Shown: positions 7,312 to 14,762 of the stretch, piece by piece
How positions within the stretch are numbered: the first letter of the stretch is position 1
Layout: the number at the start of each line of letters is the position of its first letter
Virus record (IMG/VR): IMGVR_UViG_3300016665_000157
Span: 1-41,095 of that record
Reading direction: 5' to 3' (one strand)
Source: a virus
Taxonomy: Duplodnaviria > Caudoviricetes
DNA length: 41,095 bases
Translations under genes and position numbers: made by a program
The notes under the pieces: model-generated
Seen by the model: only the letters and a program-made list of their open reading frames with translations
What the model was told of the DNA's origin: nothing
Database searches by the model: none

Positions 7312-7606
7312 TGGTCACTCCGTTTTGGGCACACCAGGCCATCAAGTATTCGGTGAACTCAATAGCTTCTTCCTTGGTCAGCTTGTGGCTTTGCAAGCCC
7401 AACTGAACAATCCCTTCGCCATCCAGCGCGGGAACAACCTGGCTCGGTTTCTCGCCGCGCTCCCTGCGCCAGTTGTAGAGGTGCAGACGTTTCCAGTCAT
7501 CTGTTGTCCAGCGGCTTCCCAAATGGGTTGCTTGCTTTGCGATTTGCCCCAAGATGCTGTGGAACATCTTGTTCTGCTGGCCAGAACGTTGTACGTCAAT
7601 CTTCAT
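7223..7606 (-). CDS. ninB: NinB/Orf-like recombination protein
   Basis: RS..QN...H..L..IAKQ....G......DWK.L, VP.LDG...V.LG..S..L...E..E..EYL.AW. Confidence 0.75.
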   Translation of the reverse strand: MKIDVQRSGQQNKMFHSILGQIAKQATHLGSRWTTDDWKRLHLYNWRRERGEKPSQVVPALDGEGIVQLGLQSHKLTKEEAIEFTEYLMAWCAQNGVTIEISETPIHPQQGIAYQRPPYPMPTLRRR

Positions 7607-7859
7607 GAATGGCTTTCAGGGCATCTTCCGGGCTGTTGACCCGGACAAGTGATGGGGCAGGCCAGTTGGCAAAAAAATCTTCTTGCAATGCGGTCAACTT
7701 GCTTTTGCGCGTGGTTTTGACTTCCATCAGCAAGGTCTTGGTTTTGTAGCCGACCAGCAAATCCACTGGACGGCCAATCACCCACACAAATGCCCCAGCG
7801 TTTCGCAGCGCCTGAACGATTTGCTTTTGATTGGCGTCAGTGCGTGCGGCTCTACGCAT
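7596..7859 (-). CDS. PD-(D/E)xK nuclease, VRR-NUC/resolvase-like
   Basis: RAAR.DANQ..IV.ALR..GA, VDLLVGY, MEVK. Confidence 0.75.
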   Translation of the reverse strand: MRRAARTDANQKQIVQALRNAGAFVWVIGRPVDLLVGYKTKTLLMEVKTTRKSKLTALQEDFFANWPAPSLVRVNSPEDALKAIHED

Positions 7860-8604
7860 TCAACAGCTTCCAAGCGGTTGCGGCACACAATGGGACTTGT
7901 CCATTCCCAATGGCTTTAAGTCTGTCCACCCTGCTGGATAACCCATCATTGCTTCCGAATGTTCTGGGATCGGATACGTCAGGCCAAATTTGATTTTGCA
8001 CCAGTGCCTTAGTTGGTCTGTTCTTTCTCGTCCTGTTTTGCTGTGAACAGTTACTGTCCCGCCTTTCCAATCGTCTGCTAATGGAGTTGGCAACAATCCA
8101 GATTCGTTCGCGTTTATGAGAGGCTCCGACAGCGTTTGCTCCCAACACTCCCCATCTCGCATCAAACCCCATCTCGGCCAAATCTCCGAGAACGGTTCCA
8201 AGTCCCCGAGAAACGAGCATTGGTGAGTTCTCCACAAAGACGAATCTTGGTCGTACTTCGCAAATGATCCTTGCCATTTCTCTCCACATTCCGCTTCGTT
8301 CTCCGTCAAGTCCATCTCCTTTTCCTGCGGCTGAGATGTCTTGGCACGGAAATCCTCCAGATACAACGTCAACAATTCCTCTCCACGGCTTTCCGTCAAA
8401 GGTTTGAACGTCATCCCAAATCGGGAAAGGCGGGAGAATCCCGTCATTTTGTCTGGCGGCAAGTACGCAAGCTGCGTAAGGTTCCCATTCAACGGCGCAG
8501 ACTGTTCGCCATCCGAGCAATTTGCCGCCAAGGATTCCTCCCCCTGCTCCGGCAAACAAAGCGAGTTCATTAAGGCTTGGCTGATTAACCACATGATTTA
8601 CCAC
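7852..8604 (-). CDS. DNA (cytosine-5) methyltransferase, main (alpha) polypeptide
   Basis: Motif I LFAGAGG, IV GGFPCQDIS, VI ENS, VIII HKRERIW, X LKAIGNGQVP; no recognisable motif IX. Confidence 0.92.
   Translation of the reverse strand: MVNHVVNQPSLNELALFAGAGGGILGGKLLGWRTVCAVEWEPYAACVLAARQNDGILPPFPIWDDVQTFDGKPWRGIVDVVSGGFPCQDISAAGKGDGLDGERSGMWREMARIICEVRPRFVFVENSPMLVSRGLGTVLGDLAEMGFDARWGVLGANAVGASHKRERIWIVANSISRRLERRDSNCSQQNRTRKNRPTKALVQNQIWPDVSDPRTFGSNDGLSSRVDRLKAIGNGQVPLCAATAWKLLNA
7860..8594 (-). CDS. Overlapping alternative-frame ORF, putative MTase beta polypeptide carrying motif IX
   Basis: 244 codons open in a second frame; contains LLPTP and PEHSEAMMGYPAGWTD resembling motif IX. Confidence 0.6.
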   Translation of the reverse strand: MWLISQALMNSLCLPEQGEESLAANCSDGEQSAPLNGNLTQLAYLPPDKMTGFSRLSRFGMTFKPLTESRGEELLTLYLEDFRAKTSQPQEKEMDLTENEAECGEKWQGSFAKYDQDSSLWRTHQCSFLGDLEPFSEIWPRWGLMRDGECWEQTLSEPLINANESGLLPTPLADDWKGGTVTVHSKTGRERTDQLRHWCKIKFGLTYPIPEHSEAMMGYPAGWTDLKPLGMDKSHCVPQPLGSC

Positions 8605-8804
8605 TTTCCGTCCTCAACATATTCTTGGTTGTAACGGTTCGGCACGCGCCGACACTTGCTTTTTTTGACCCAGATTGGCGGCGCAGGAAACGGCCAAATT
8701 GGATTGATGACCGACAGATGCAACGCATCATCCGTGCGGTTGATTTCAAGGGCTTGTTCGCCCGTTGGAAGTTCCCAGAGGTCGCCTTGCATCACATCAT
8801 CCAA
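8598..8804 (-). CDS. Hypothetical protein
   Basis: 68-aa ORF filling the operon gap. Confidence 0.55.
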   Translation of the reverse strand: MDDVMQGDLWELPTGEQALEINRTDDALHLSVINPIWPFPAPPIWVKKSKCRRVPNRYNQEYVEDGKW

Positions 8805-9178
8805 GCAGAAGCAATATCGGGCCGGGGCTTGAATTGCCTGCGGCGCTTTGCGGCCAAGTAGTCCAAGTATTTTTCAGGATCGGCTTTGGTGCGCTCCCAT
8901 GCACGAGCATAACGTTCGTTTTTGCTCATTGGCGCGGGTTTTGGGGCGTTTTCGCCCTGCCCCGCCACATAGACCTTCACCGGATACCAATTCGCGCCCA
9001 CACGGTCATATCGTGCGATGTGGACACGGTTGTTGTCCAACAAGTATTGCAGGTAGCGACTGGCAGTGTGCGGGTCAACAGCAATTGCCTCTGCAACTTG
9101 GTGTTTGTTCATCCCATCACCCAGCACCTCGAGGATGCGTTCAATCTTGAGCAACGCAGGGCCGCGAGTGAATTTCAT
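8792..9178 (-). CDS. HTH DNA-binding protein
   Basis: MNKHQVAEAIAVDPHTASRYLQYL HTH; start MKFTRG at 9178. Confidence 0.7.
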   Translation of the reverse strand: MKFTRGPALLKIERILEVLGDGMNKHQVAEAIAVDPHTASRYLQYLLDNNRVHIARYDRVGANWYPVKVYVAGQGENAPKPAPMSKNERYARAWERTKADPEKYLDYLAAKRRRQFKPRPDIASAWMM

Positions 9179-9194
9179 GCTGTTGTATTTCAAT

Positions 9195-9683
9195 TTATTT
9201 TTCCGTTTTTTCCGTATATTTATAATCGCCATGATGCATATTAACTGCTTGATGATAAATTTTTATTGCATCTTCAAGATTTTTGTATTTTCCTAAATAA
9301 ATTTTTTTCCCGTATTTTGATATTTGCGGCACCCATCTTTTATCTTGTTTGCTCCAGGTAATTCCTTTGTAACCGCTTGCACTGTTTGTATATTTTCGAT
9401 TAAAGGAATTTTGCGAAGCATTTGCTTCTCTTAAATTTTCAATTTTGTTATTTTGTGGATTCCCATCAATATGGTCAACAATTTTTGGCAAATATCCATA
9501 ATGCATTAAAAATATTGCTCTATGCACAAGCATGTATTTGTAATTTAATTGGAAATGCAAATAGCCTGCTTTTGTTTTTGATCCTGCCATTGCACCTGCT
9601 TTTGTGCCTTTTCTGCTGGTTTTCCAATAAAGACATCCGTCTTTATATTCCAGTTCATTAAGCAATATTTGCTGTGTAAGCAT
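9195..9683 (-). CDS. HNH homing endonuclease with C-terminal AP2-like domain
   Basis: VHRAIF..HYG..P..VDHIDGNPQNNKIENLR; SGYKGI.W.....RW...I....K..YLG; AT-rich relative to flanks. Confidence 0.9.
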   Translation of the reverse strand: MLTQQILLNELEYKDGCLYWKTSRKGTKAGAMAGSKTKAGYLHFQLNYKYMLVHRAIFLMHYGYLPKIVDHIDGNPQNNKIENLREANASQNSFNRKYTNSASGYKGITWSKQDKRWVPQISKYGKKIYLGKYKNLEDAIKIYHQAVNMHHGDYKYTEKTEK

Positions 9684-9721
9684 GTCGCACCTCATCATTG
9701 GTGGAAGTCATCATTGAAAGA

Positions 9722-9772
9722 TAACAGCAGGACGGTGATGAGTCGTCTTTTCCCCCGCTAAAGGTAGCTGTT
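9722..9772 (-). ncRNA. c4/CI-like antisense RNA upstream of the HNH gene
   Basis: AACAGC/GCUGUU closing stem, small hairpin, GAAAA bulge, GACG/CGUC stem with loop ACUCAUCAC complementary to two downstream UGAUGA(G) sites. Confidence 0.7.
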
Positions 9773-9781
9773 GCAATCATT

Positions 9782-9976
9782 CTACAACAATTTTTCTTGT
9801 TGCATCAATACCATATAAGCCCTGATGCGTCCAACACTTCCAGGGCCATATCTTTTTTCAATCATCTCGATGCGCTCAGGCGTCAGCACTTTTTGCTTTG
9901 TCCACAGCCATGTCCTGTACAAAACCCTAGCCTCGGCACGCTCAAGAATCTGTCTGTCCGTCAATGATGTTTCCAT
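9782..9976 (-). CDS. Hypothetical protein
   Basis: 64-aa ORF in the operon. Confidence 0.65.
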   Translation of the reverse strand: METSLTDRQILERAEARVLYRTWLWTKQKVLTPERIEMIEKRYGPGSVGRIRAYMVLMQQEKLL

Positions 9977-10145
9977 TTATGCAACGATACCACAAACGAT
10001 CTTTGCTAACAATTTTTTCTTCGGCGGCAAGAGAACGCATCACGTACTTGATCTGCAACTCTGTGTAACCAGTGACTTCGCGGATTTGCTTGCGGGTCAG
10101 CGGGCCATGCATCAACAGCTTTTGGATAACTTCTGTGCGGGTCAT
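9942..10145 (-). CDS. Small winged-HTH protein
   Basis: LLMHGPLTRKQIREVTG...L; ATGA coupled to the rep gene. Confidence 0.65.
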   Translation of the reverse strand: MTRTEVIQKLLMHGPLTRKQIREVTGYTELQIKYVMRSLAAEEKIVSKDRLWYRCINGNIIDGQTDS

Positions 10146-10867
10146 ACTTTTTTCAGGACGGATTGAATTTGTTGACGGATGTGGTCAGGCATGGGAGCCG
10201 CCAGCTTGCGGTCGTTTTCTATCTTAACCAAAACAGGGTCAGGTTCTTTGGGGCCAGGAACAGTTGACCGGGCAATGTCGGCAGCACGTTGAGCAAAGGT
10301 TGCTCGTTCAACAGGCTTGATCCAATCGGCTTGGAGTCCTTGCGATCCACGCGAACACCAAATGGCAAGAAATTCGTTGATGGACATATCGGCCTTCTTG
10401 GCTTCCCGAAACGCAGCGTTGACCACGGTCTGCGTCACGGGTGCTTTTTTGGCTTTCCTGAGTTGCTTCCAATCTTCCCAAATTTGTTGGTCAACATCAG
10501 GGGGGCGGGCAACGCCAGTTGCCTTCTTCTCTGTCTCTGTCTCTGTCTCTCTCTCTGTCTCTGGTGCATCACTTTGATATCGCTCTGATATCACGTTGAT
10601 ATCATCATGTTCCAGCCAATGTGACAGCTTGGAAACGCAATCAGAAGTTTGCTTTTCTGACATCCTTAGCCGAAAAGCCAAGGTTTTGATGTCAGGAATG
10701 ACTCCATCAGCTTCACTTGCGATCAACCAGCACATGACCAGCACTTTGCTGGCAAGTGGATCAAGTTGATGCCATTCCATGTCATCCAGAAGTTCTCTGT
10801 ACAGCTTGATCCAAGGAGGTCTGCGATCCTTGAAATGCTGAAATTTAGACCAGTTTTTGATCTTCAT
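10142..10867 (-). CDS. Phage replication initiator protein (lambda O/DnaD-like architecture)
   Basis: N-terminal IKNWSKFQH.K.R.PPWIKLY, ETE linker, C-terminal W.DW...RK.KKAP.T...GSQGL.ADW. Confidence 0.75.
   Translation of the reverse strand: MKIKNWSKFQHFKDRRPPWIKLYRELLDDMEWHQLDPLASKVLVMCWLIASEADGVIPDIKTLAFRLRMSEKQTSDCVSKLSHWLEHDDINVISERYQSDAPETERETETETEKKATGVARPPDVDQQIWEDWKQLRKAKKAPVTQTVVNAAFREAKKADMSINEFLAIWCSRGSQGLQADWIKPVERATFAQRAADIARSTVPGPKEPDPVLVKIENDRKLAAPMPDHIRQQIQSVLKKV
10529..10603. other. Putative replication origin inside the rep gene
   Basis: TGATATC x3 at 11-bp period (10575, 10586, 10597) next to a CTCTGT repeat with strong purine/pyrimidine strand bias. Confidence 0.6.
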
Positions 10868-10896
10868 GTCGCGCCCAAATTGTGCCGCCCTGAAGA

Positions 10897-10960
10897 AACC
10901 AACGGCAGGAGGGGCGGTATCTCTTTTCGGCCTGGGGATCAGCCAGACCTAGCCGGGGTT
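10897..10960 (-). ncRNA. c4/CI-like antisense RNA upstream of the replication initiator
   Basis: AACC.CGGC/GCCG..GGUU closing stem, GGUCUGG/CCAGGCC hairpin, GAAAA bulge, GAG/CUC stem with loop AUACCGCCC complementary to downstream GGGCGG and GGGCG. Confidence 0.7.
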
Positions 10961-10967
10961 CAAAATC

Positions 10968-10997
10968 ACTGTATCACTTTTTTGACCCGATGGTCAA
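10968..10997 (-). promoter_or_regulatory. Putative sigma70 promoter for the c4-like RNA/rep with overlapping inverted repeat
   Basis: Minus strand TTGACC-18 nt-TACAGT with TGn extension; TTGACC-N4-GGTCAA at 10982-10997. Confidence 0.5.
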
Positions 10998-11198
10998 GTT
11001 GACCTTGGCCGCGCCCTTGGCAGCGTTCTGACTGTGCTTGAGGCTGTTGAGCCATTGATGGTCAAAAGTCTGCGGCGTCCAGTTCTTCCAATCAAAAGCG
11101 TTGCCCTGGCTTTTGGGCGTCCCATCGCGCCACACTAGGGTTTTTACTGTCTTTTTCTGTTGCATTTTTTTGCTCTGTTGTGTTGAAAGCCAGATCAT
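10974..11198 (-). CDS. Hypothetical protein (start may be 11164)
   Basis: First ORF of the leftward operon. Confidence 0.5.
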   Translation of the reverse strand: MIWLSTQQSKKMQQKKTVKTLVWRDGTPKSQGNAFDWKNWTPQTFDHQWLNSLKHSQNAAKGAAKVNLTIGSKK

Positions 11199-11210
11199 AT
11201 CATGTATGAT
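11183..11210 (+). promoter_or_regulatory. Putative sigma70 promoter for the rightward operon
   Basis: TTGAAA-16 nt-TATGAT in the divergent intergenic region, flanked by TGTTGTG / CACAACA inverted repeat. Confidence 0.5.
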
Positions 11211-11236
11211 GGAGCCTCCACAACACAGGATATGAC

Positions 11237-11404
11237 ATGAAAACCACCCTTCCGCTGATCCCAGTCGGCCATCCCGACTACAAATGGCGCTCTGGCGCAG
11301 ATGTCCAGGCTACCTGGCATCGCTACACTGGCTGGACACCTCCGTCCGGTAGCTGGGTCAAACCGCTACAACCGATTCAATCCACACCGGCTTTCATCAA
11401 ATGA
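11237..11404 (+). CDS. 55-aa hypothetical protein, not in ORF track
   Basis: AGGA RBS; MKTTLPLIPVGHPDYKWRSGADVQATWHRYTGWTPPS...; stop overlaps the next ATG. Confidence 0.7.
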   Translation: MKTTLPLIPVGHPDYKWRSGADVQATWHRYTGWTPPSGSWVKPLQPIQSTPAFIK

Positions 11405-11580
11405 CTGACGTTGCAGACGTTCGCAATTACGTGCGGGAACATGCTAACGATGTGCCGTTCTTGGAAAGCCTACTTGCGGCCATCATCTGCAACACGCAGG
11501 ACAAAGCAGTTGAGCAAATCATGCTTGATTGCTACATGAAACTTACAGAAGTGAAAAAGGCGTTCAACCAGCCTGTTTAA
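11401..11580 (+). CDS. 59-aa hypothetical protein, not in ORF track
   Basis: ATGA coupled; MTDVADVRNYVREHAND... Confidence 0.65.
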   Translation: MTDVADVRNYVREHANDVPFLESLLAAIICNTQDKAVEQIMLDCYMKLTEVKKAFNQPV

Positions 11581-11603
11581 TGGTTGTTTTCTTGGAGATT
11601 GAA

Positions 11604-12221
11604 ATGGGATTTATTGCATCTGATTCTGGCGGCGGCGACTACAAAAAAGTCCCGCAAGGCGTCCATATGGGACGTTGCTACAGCCTTATTGACTTGGGGA
11701 CGCAGCTTGTCCGTAGTCAGCATGGCGACAAAACACTCCACAAGATTCGCATCGGGTGGGAGTTGTTTGGCGAGGACGAGCAGGGCGCCCCCCTTGAGGT
11801 TGAGGGCAAGCCCATGACCATCAGCAAGTCCTATACGCTGTACCTCAACGAAAAATCCAATCTCCGCAAGGATTTGGAATCGTGGCGGGGTCGTGCGTTT
11901 ACTGATGAAGAAGCCAAGGGCTTTGACATCACCAAGTTGCTCAACGTGTGGTGCATGGTTAACGTCACACACAGTGAGAACAATGGCAAGACGTACACGA
12001 ATGTGGCGTCCCTGACCCCTCTGCCTGCCGCGCTCAAGAATGCCAAGCCTACGCCTTATCACGAGGTTGTTGTGTTTGACCTTGACCAGCCAGACTGGGC
12101 GGTGTTTGAGAACTTCCATGACAAACTCAAGGAAGCAATCAAAACCTCGCCTGAGTATGCGATGGCCGCTGGCACTTCCAGCATGGGTGGCCTTGGCGAA
12201 ATGCAATCGGATGACTTCTGA
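11604..12221 (+). CDS. Putative ssDNA-binding/replication protein (NGO0469-like)
   Basis: G.H..RCY..IDLGTQ, SK.YTL.L.EKSNLRKDLESWRGR.F, acidic C-terminal tail ending DDF; GGAG RBS before ATG 11604. Confidence 0.7.
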   Translation: MGFIASDSGGGDYKKVPQGVHMGRCYSLIDLGTQLVRSQHGDKTLHKIRIGWELFGEDEQGAPLEVEGKPMTISKSYTLYLNEKSNLRKDLESWRGRAFTDEEAKGFDITKLLNVWCMVNVTHSENNGKTYTNVASLTPLPAALKNAKPTPYHEVVVFDLDQPDWAVFENFHDKLKEAIKTSPEYAMAAGTSSMGGLGEMQSDDF

Positions 12222-12715
12222 TGACTTCCCTGTATCAACTTGCAAACGACTTCCGTGAGCAGCTTGATTCATTGTTTGACCCGGAAACTGGTGAGGCTCT
12301 GCCCGAGTTTGAACAGTTCCGGGTCATGCTGGGCAACAAGGCCGCGCAGGTTGCGGCCTATGTCCTGAACTGTGAATCTGATGCTGACCAAGCCAAAGAT
12401 GCCATCAAACGCATCAAGGCTCTACAAACCACGTATGAGCGCAAAGCGGAACGATTGAGGACTTACCTTGCCGAGAACATGAAAACGGCTGGTATCAACG
12501 AAATCAAAGCCGCAGACGGTTCTTTTGTGGTCAAGCTGTATGTTGATCGGGATGAATCTGTTGTGATTGAGGAAGGCGCAAAGTTCCCGCCGGAACTGTG
12601 CGTTGACCCCAAGCCACCAGAGCCATCCAAGACCAAGATCAAAAACGCCATTCTTGCCGGTCAGCCTATTGCCGGTGCAAAAATTGTTCGCAAAGACAGG
12701 TTGCAAATCAAATGA
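12221..12715 (+). CDS. Siphovirus Gp157 family protein
   Basis: MTSLYQL start, coiled coil, C-terminal K..IK.AI..G..I.GA......LQIK. Confidence 0.85.
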   Translation: MTSLYQLANDFREQLDSLFDPETGEALPEFEQFRVMLGNKAAQVAAYVLNCESDADQAKDAIKRIKALQTTYERKAERLRTYLAENMKTAGINEIKAADGSFVVKLYVDRDESVVIEEGAKFPPELCVDPKPPEPSKTKIKNAILAGQPIAGAKIVRKDRLQIK

Positions 12716-13053
12716 GCATCAAAGACAAGACACTACAAAATGCCATCAAATTGCTTGATGTGCTGGGTTGCCAATACGCCATCATTGACCACAATGGTGA
12801 CAAGTGGGGGGGGCTTGAAATAGCAAAACCCAAGGCATGCAAACGCATACTCAACAATTTCAAAGACACCGGCTACATTGAACAGCTTAGGACAATGCAA
12901 GTCGGTGATGTGTTGACGTTTGTTGCGCCTGAAGGAAAAACGGCCAAGCAATATCGAGGCGCAATTTCTGGGACGGCTCACAACCTTTGGGGGCCTGGTT
13001 CCAGCACCACTTCCATCAGCGGCAATGCCGTTGAAATTCTCCGCATTTCTTAA
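12712..13053 (+). CDS. Hypothetical protein
   Basis: ATGA-coupled 113-aa ORF. Confidence 0.7.
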   Translation: MSIKDKTLQNAIKLLDVLGCQYAIIDHNGDKWGGLEIAKPKACKRILNNFKDTGYIEQLRTMQVGDVLTFVAPEGKTAKQYRGAISGTAHNLWGPGSSTTSISGNAVEILRIS

Positions 13054-13062
13054 GGAAACACC

Positions 13063-13245
13063 ATGGCACAAAGCCGAATCTATCTCATTGAATTCCAGGG
13101 CAACAAACACTTGGTCAAGGCAATCAACCGCACGATTGCTGTTGCGTACATTGCTGAAAAGCACATGAACGTTGAAGTTGCCAGCCAGGAAAAACTCATT
13201 GAAATGCTCAACCAGGGCGTGACTGTGGAGTCCACTGTCAAATGA
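13063..13245 (+). CDS. Hypothetical protein
   Basis: AGGA RBS; 60 aa. Confidence 0.7.
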   Translation: MAQSRIYLIEFQGNKHLVKAINRTIAVAYIAEKHMNVEVASQEKLIEMLNQGVTVESTVK

Positions 13246-13547
13246 GCTATGCAGACATTGAAATGCAAGTGATTCGCTGGGCAGAGGCTCGGCGCATCAT
13301 CCCCAACAGCACGCCGACAGCCCAGTTGCTCAAAGCGTTCAGCGAGATGGGCGAACTAGCAGATGCAACCGCCAAGAATGACCGCGCAGGCGTTGTTGAC
13401 GGGGTTGGCGATGTGATGGTTTGCCTCATCAACTATTGCGCCTTGCAGGACATTGATTTGGTCAAATGCCTTGAGGCAGCATATGAGGAAATCAAAGACC
13501 GCAAAGGGACAATGATGCCATCTGGCGTGTTTGTCAAAGAAGGCTGA
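13242..13547 (+). CDS. MazG-like nucleotide pyrophosphohydrolase
   Basis: QLLK..SE.GELADA......DGVGD..V.L, CLE.AYEEIKDRKG.M...GVFVKE. Confidence 0.88.
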   Translation: MSYADIEMQVIRWAEARRIIPNSTPTAQLLKAFSEMGELADATAKNDRAGVVDGVGDVMVCLINYCALQDIDLVKCLEAAYEEIKDRKGTMMPSGVFVKEG

Positions 13548-13974
13548 CTTCTGCCTGTCGGCGCTTAACCAGACCGGGGAGGACTTTGCCTCCTCCCCGT
13601 GTCCATTTCATCAATTCTTCTTTTGCGCCATCCCAATCCTGAGCATTGATTTTTCGGCGCAACGTGCTGGTTTGCAATCGCCCAACACCGGTATTAAAAG
13701 CAAAATCAACAATCGCATTGCAACGGCGCTCATCATTCGCAAGCACAGGGCACAACCTCAACACACCTGGCAAATAAGTGTGTTTGAGTTCGTGCATCAA
13801 TAGATCGTATGCTTGCTGCTCACTGACCCAGGCGTCTTGTAACGTCACCTTGCGGCCATCGGCGTAATAGGTTGACCCGTAGCCAATCGTCGCAATGCCA
13901 GCAGGGCACAGATAGGGCTTTGACCTAAAGCCCTCAAACCGTTTGCACAGTTCGGCGGCAATTGTGAGGTTCAT
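13534..13974 (-). CDS. Endolysin, GH24 lysozyme
   Basis: FEG....PYLCPAG..TIGYG.T, GGGKVLPGLVKRRQAE; start 13974. Confidence 0.93.
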   Translation of the reverse strand: MNLTIAAELCKRFEGFRSKPYLCPAGIATIGYGSTYYADGRKVTLQDAWVSEQQAYDLLMHELKHTYLPGVLRLCPVLANDERRCNAIVDFAFNTGVGRLQTSTLRRKINAQDWDGAKEELMKWTRGGGKVLPGLVKRRQAEVSLL

Positions 13975-14465
13975 AGCCCACGTTGCTTCAAAGTGCGGTC
14001 GAGAAACCAATAGTTAATGGTGCCCGACAGCAACGCAGAAAAGTCGGGCGACATCATGATTTTGAACACCTCGGTTGGCGGCAGACCATTTGCCCATGCA
14101 TTCCAGGCGAACCAGATGTTTGCAAACGACCAGATCACCAAAATCCAATACGTGACCACAGGACGCACGCTGGCAGACAGTTTTGCCGCCCACCCACCTG
14201 CGGCCTTGGTCATCTCGGTTTGTTGCGTTATGGCGGCATTGAATGCGTCCATGACACCGACATCAAGAGCAGCATCCCGAGCAGCGCCAATCTCGGCCAG
14301 CTTCTGTTGACCGCGCACTTTTTCAAGATCGCATTGCTTGTCAAACATGGCGAGTTCATGCTGGCGCTCGTTCTTCTTATCAAAAAACTTCAACACCTCC
14401 GGAGCCAGCCGGAAGATGCCACCAATCAAGCCGCCAAGGACACCGCCGCCAAGTAGTTCAACCAT
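13971..14465 (-). CDS. Holin (3-TM, GTA-holin-like)
   Basis: N-terminal Gly-rich TM, SVRPVVTYW, NYWFLDRTL; adjacent to the endolysin. Confidence 0.75.
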   Translation of the reverse strand: MVELLGGGVLGGLIGGIFRLAPEVLKFFDKKNERQHELAMFDKQCDLEKVRGQQKLAEIGAARDAALDVGVMDAFNAAITQQTEMTKAAGGWAAKLSASVRPVVTYWILVIWSFANIWFAWNAWANGLPPTEVFKIMMSPDFSALLSGTINYWFLDRTLKQRGL

Positions 14466-14556
14466 ATGCCCACCATAAAACAAGTTGCCTGCAAGTAAAC
14501 AGGACGATCAAAAAAGCAATGGCCGCATAGATGAATCCAAGCAGCCAGTCTTTCAT
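14458..14556 (-). CDS. 32-aa hydrophobic peptide in the lysis cassette, not in ORF track
   Basis: MKDWLLGFIYAAIAFLIVLFTCRQLVLWWAYG; overlaps neighbours at both ends. Confidence 0.55.
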   Translation of the reverse strand: MKDWLLGFIYAAIAFLIVLFTCRQLVLWWAYG

Positions 14557-14762
14557 GATTTCATGTGGCTTATTACCCAACTGACAACGCCTCCAACACC
14601 AGAGGCAATTGTCATTCCCATCCAAAACCCACCTTTGGACTTGTTGGCAAGTTCAAGAAGTTCCTGAATCTGGCCTTCCATCTTGTCCATTTTTTTGTCC
14701 ATGTTTTGAACGCGCTCCCACAGCACGCCATACTTTACGGGGTCAATTTCATTCGGTTCCAT
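14553..14762 (-). CDS. Small coiled-coil plus C-terminal TM protein (holin/XhlA-like)
   Basis: Coiled coil then GGFWMGMTIASGVGGVVSWVI. Confidence 0.7.
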   Translation of the reverse strand: MEPNEIDPVKYGVLWERVQNMDKKMDKMEGQIQELLELANKSKGGFWMGMTIASGVGGVVSWVISHMKS

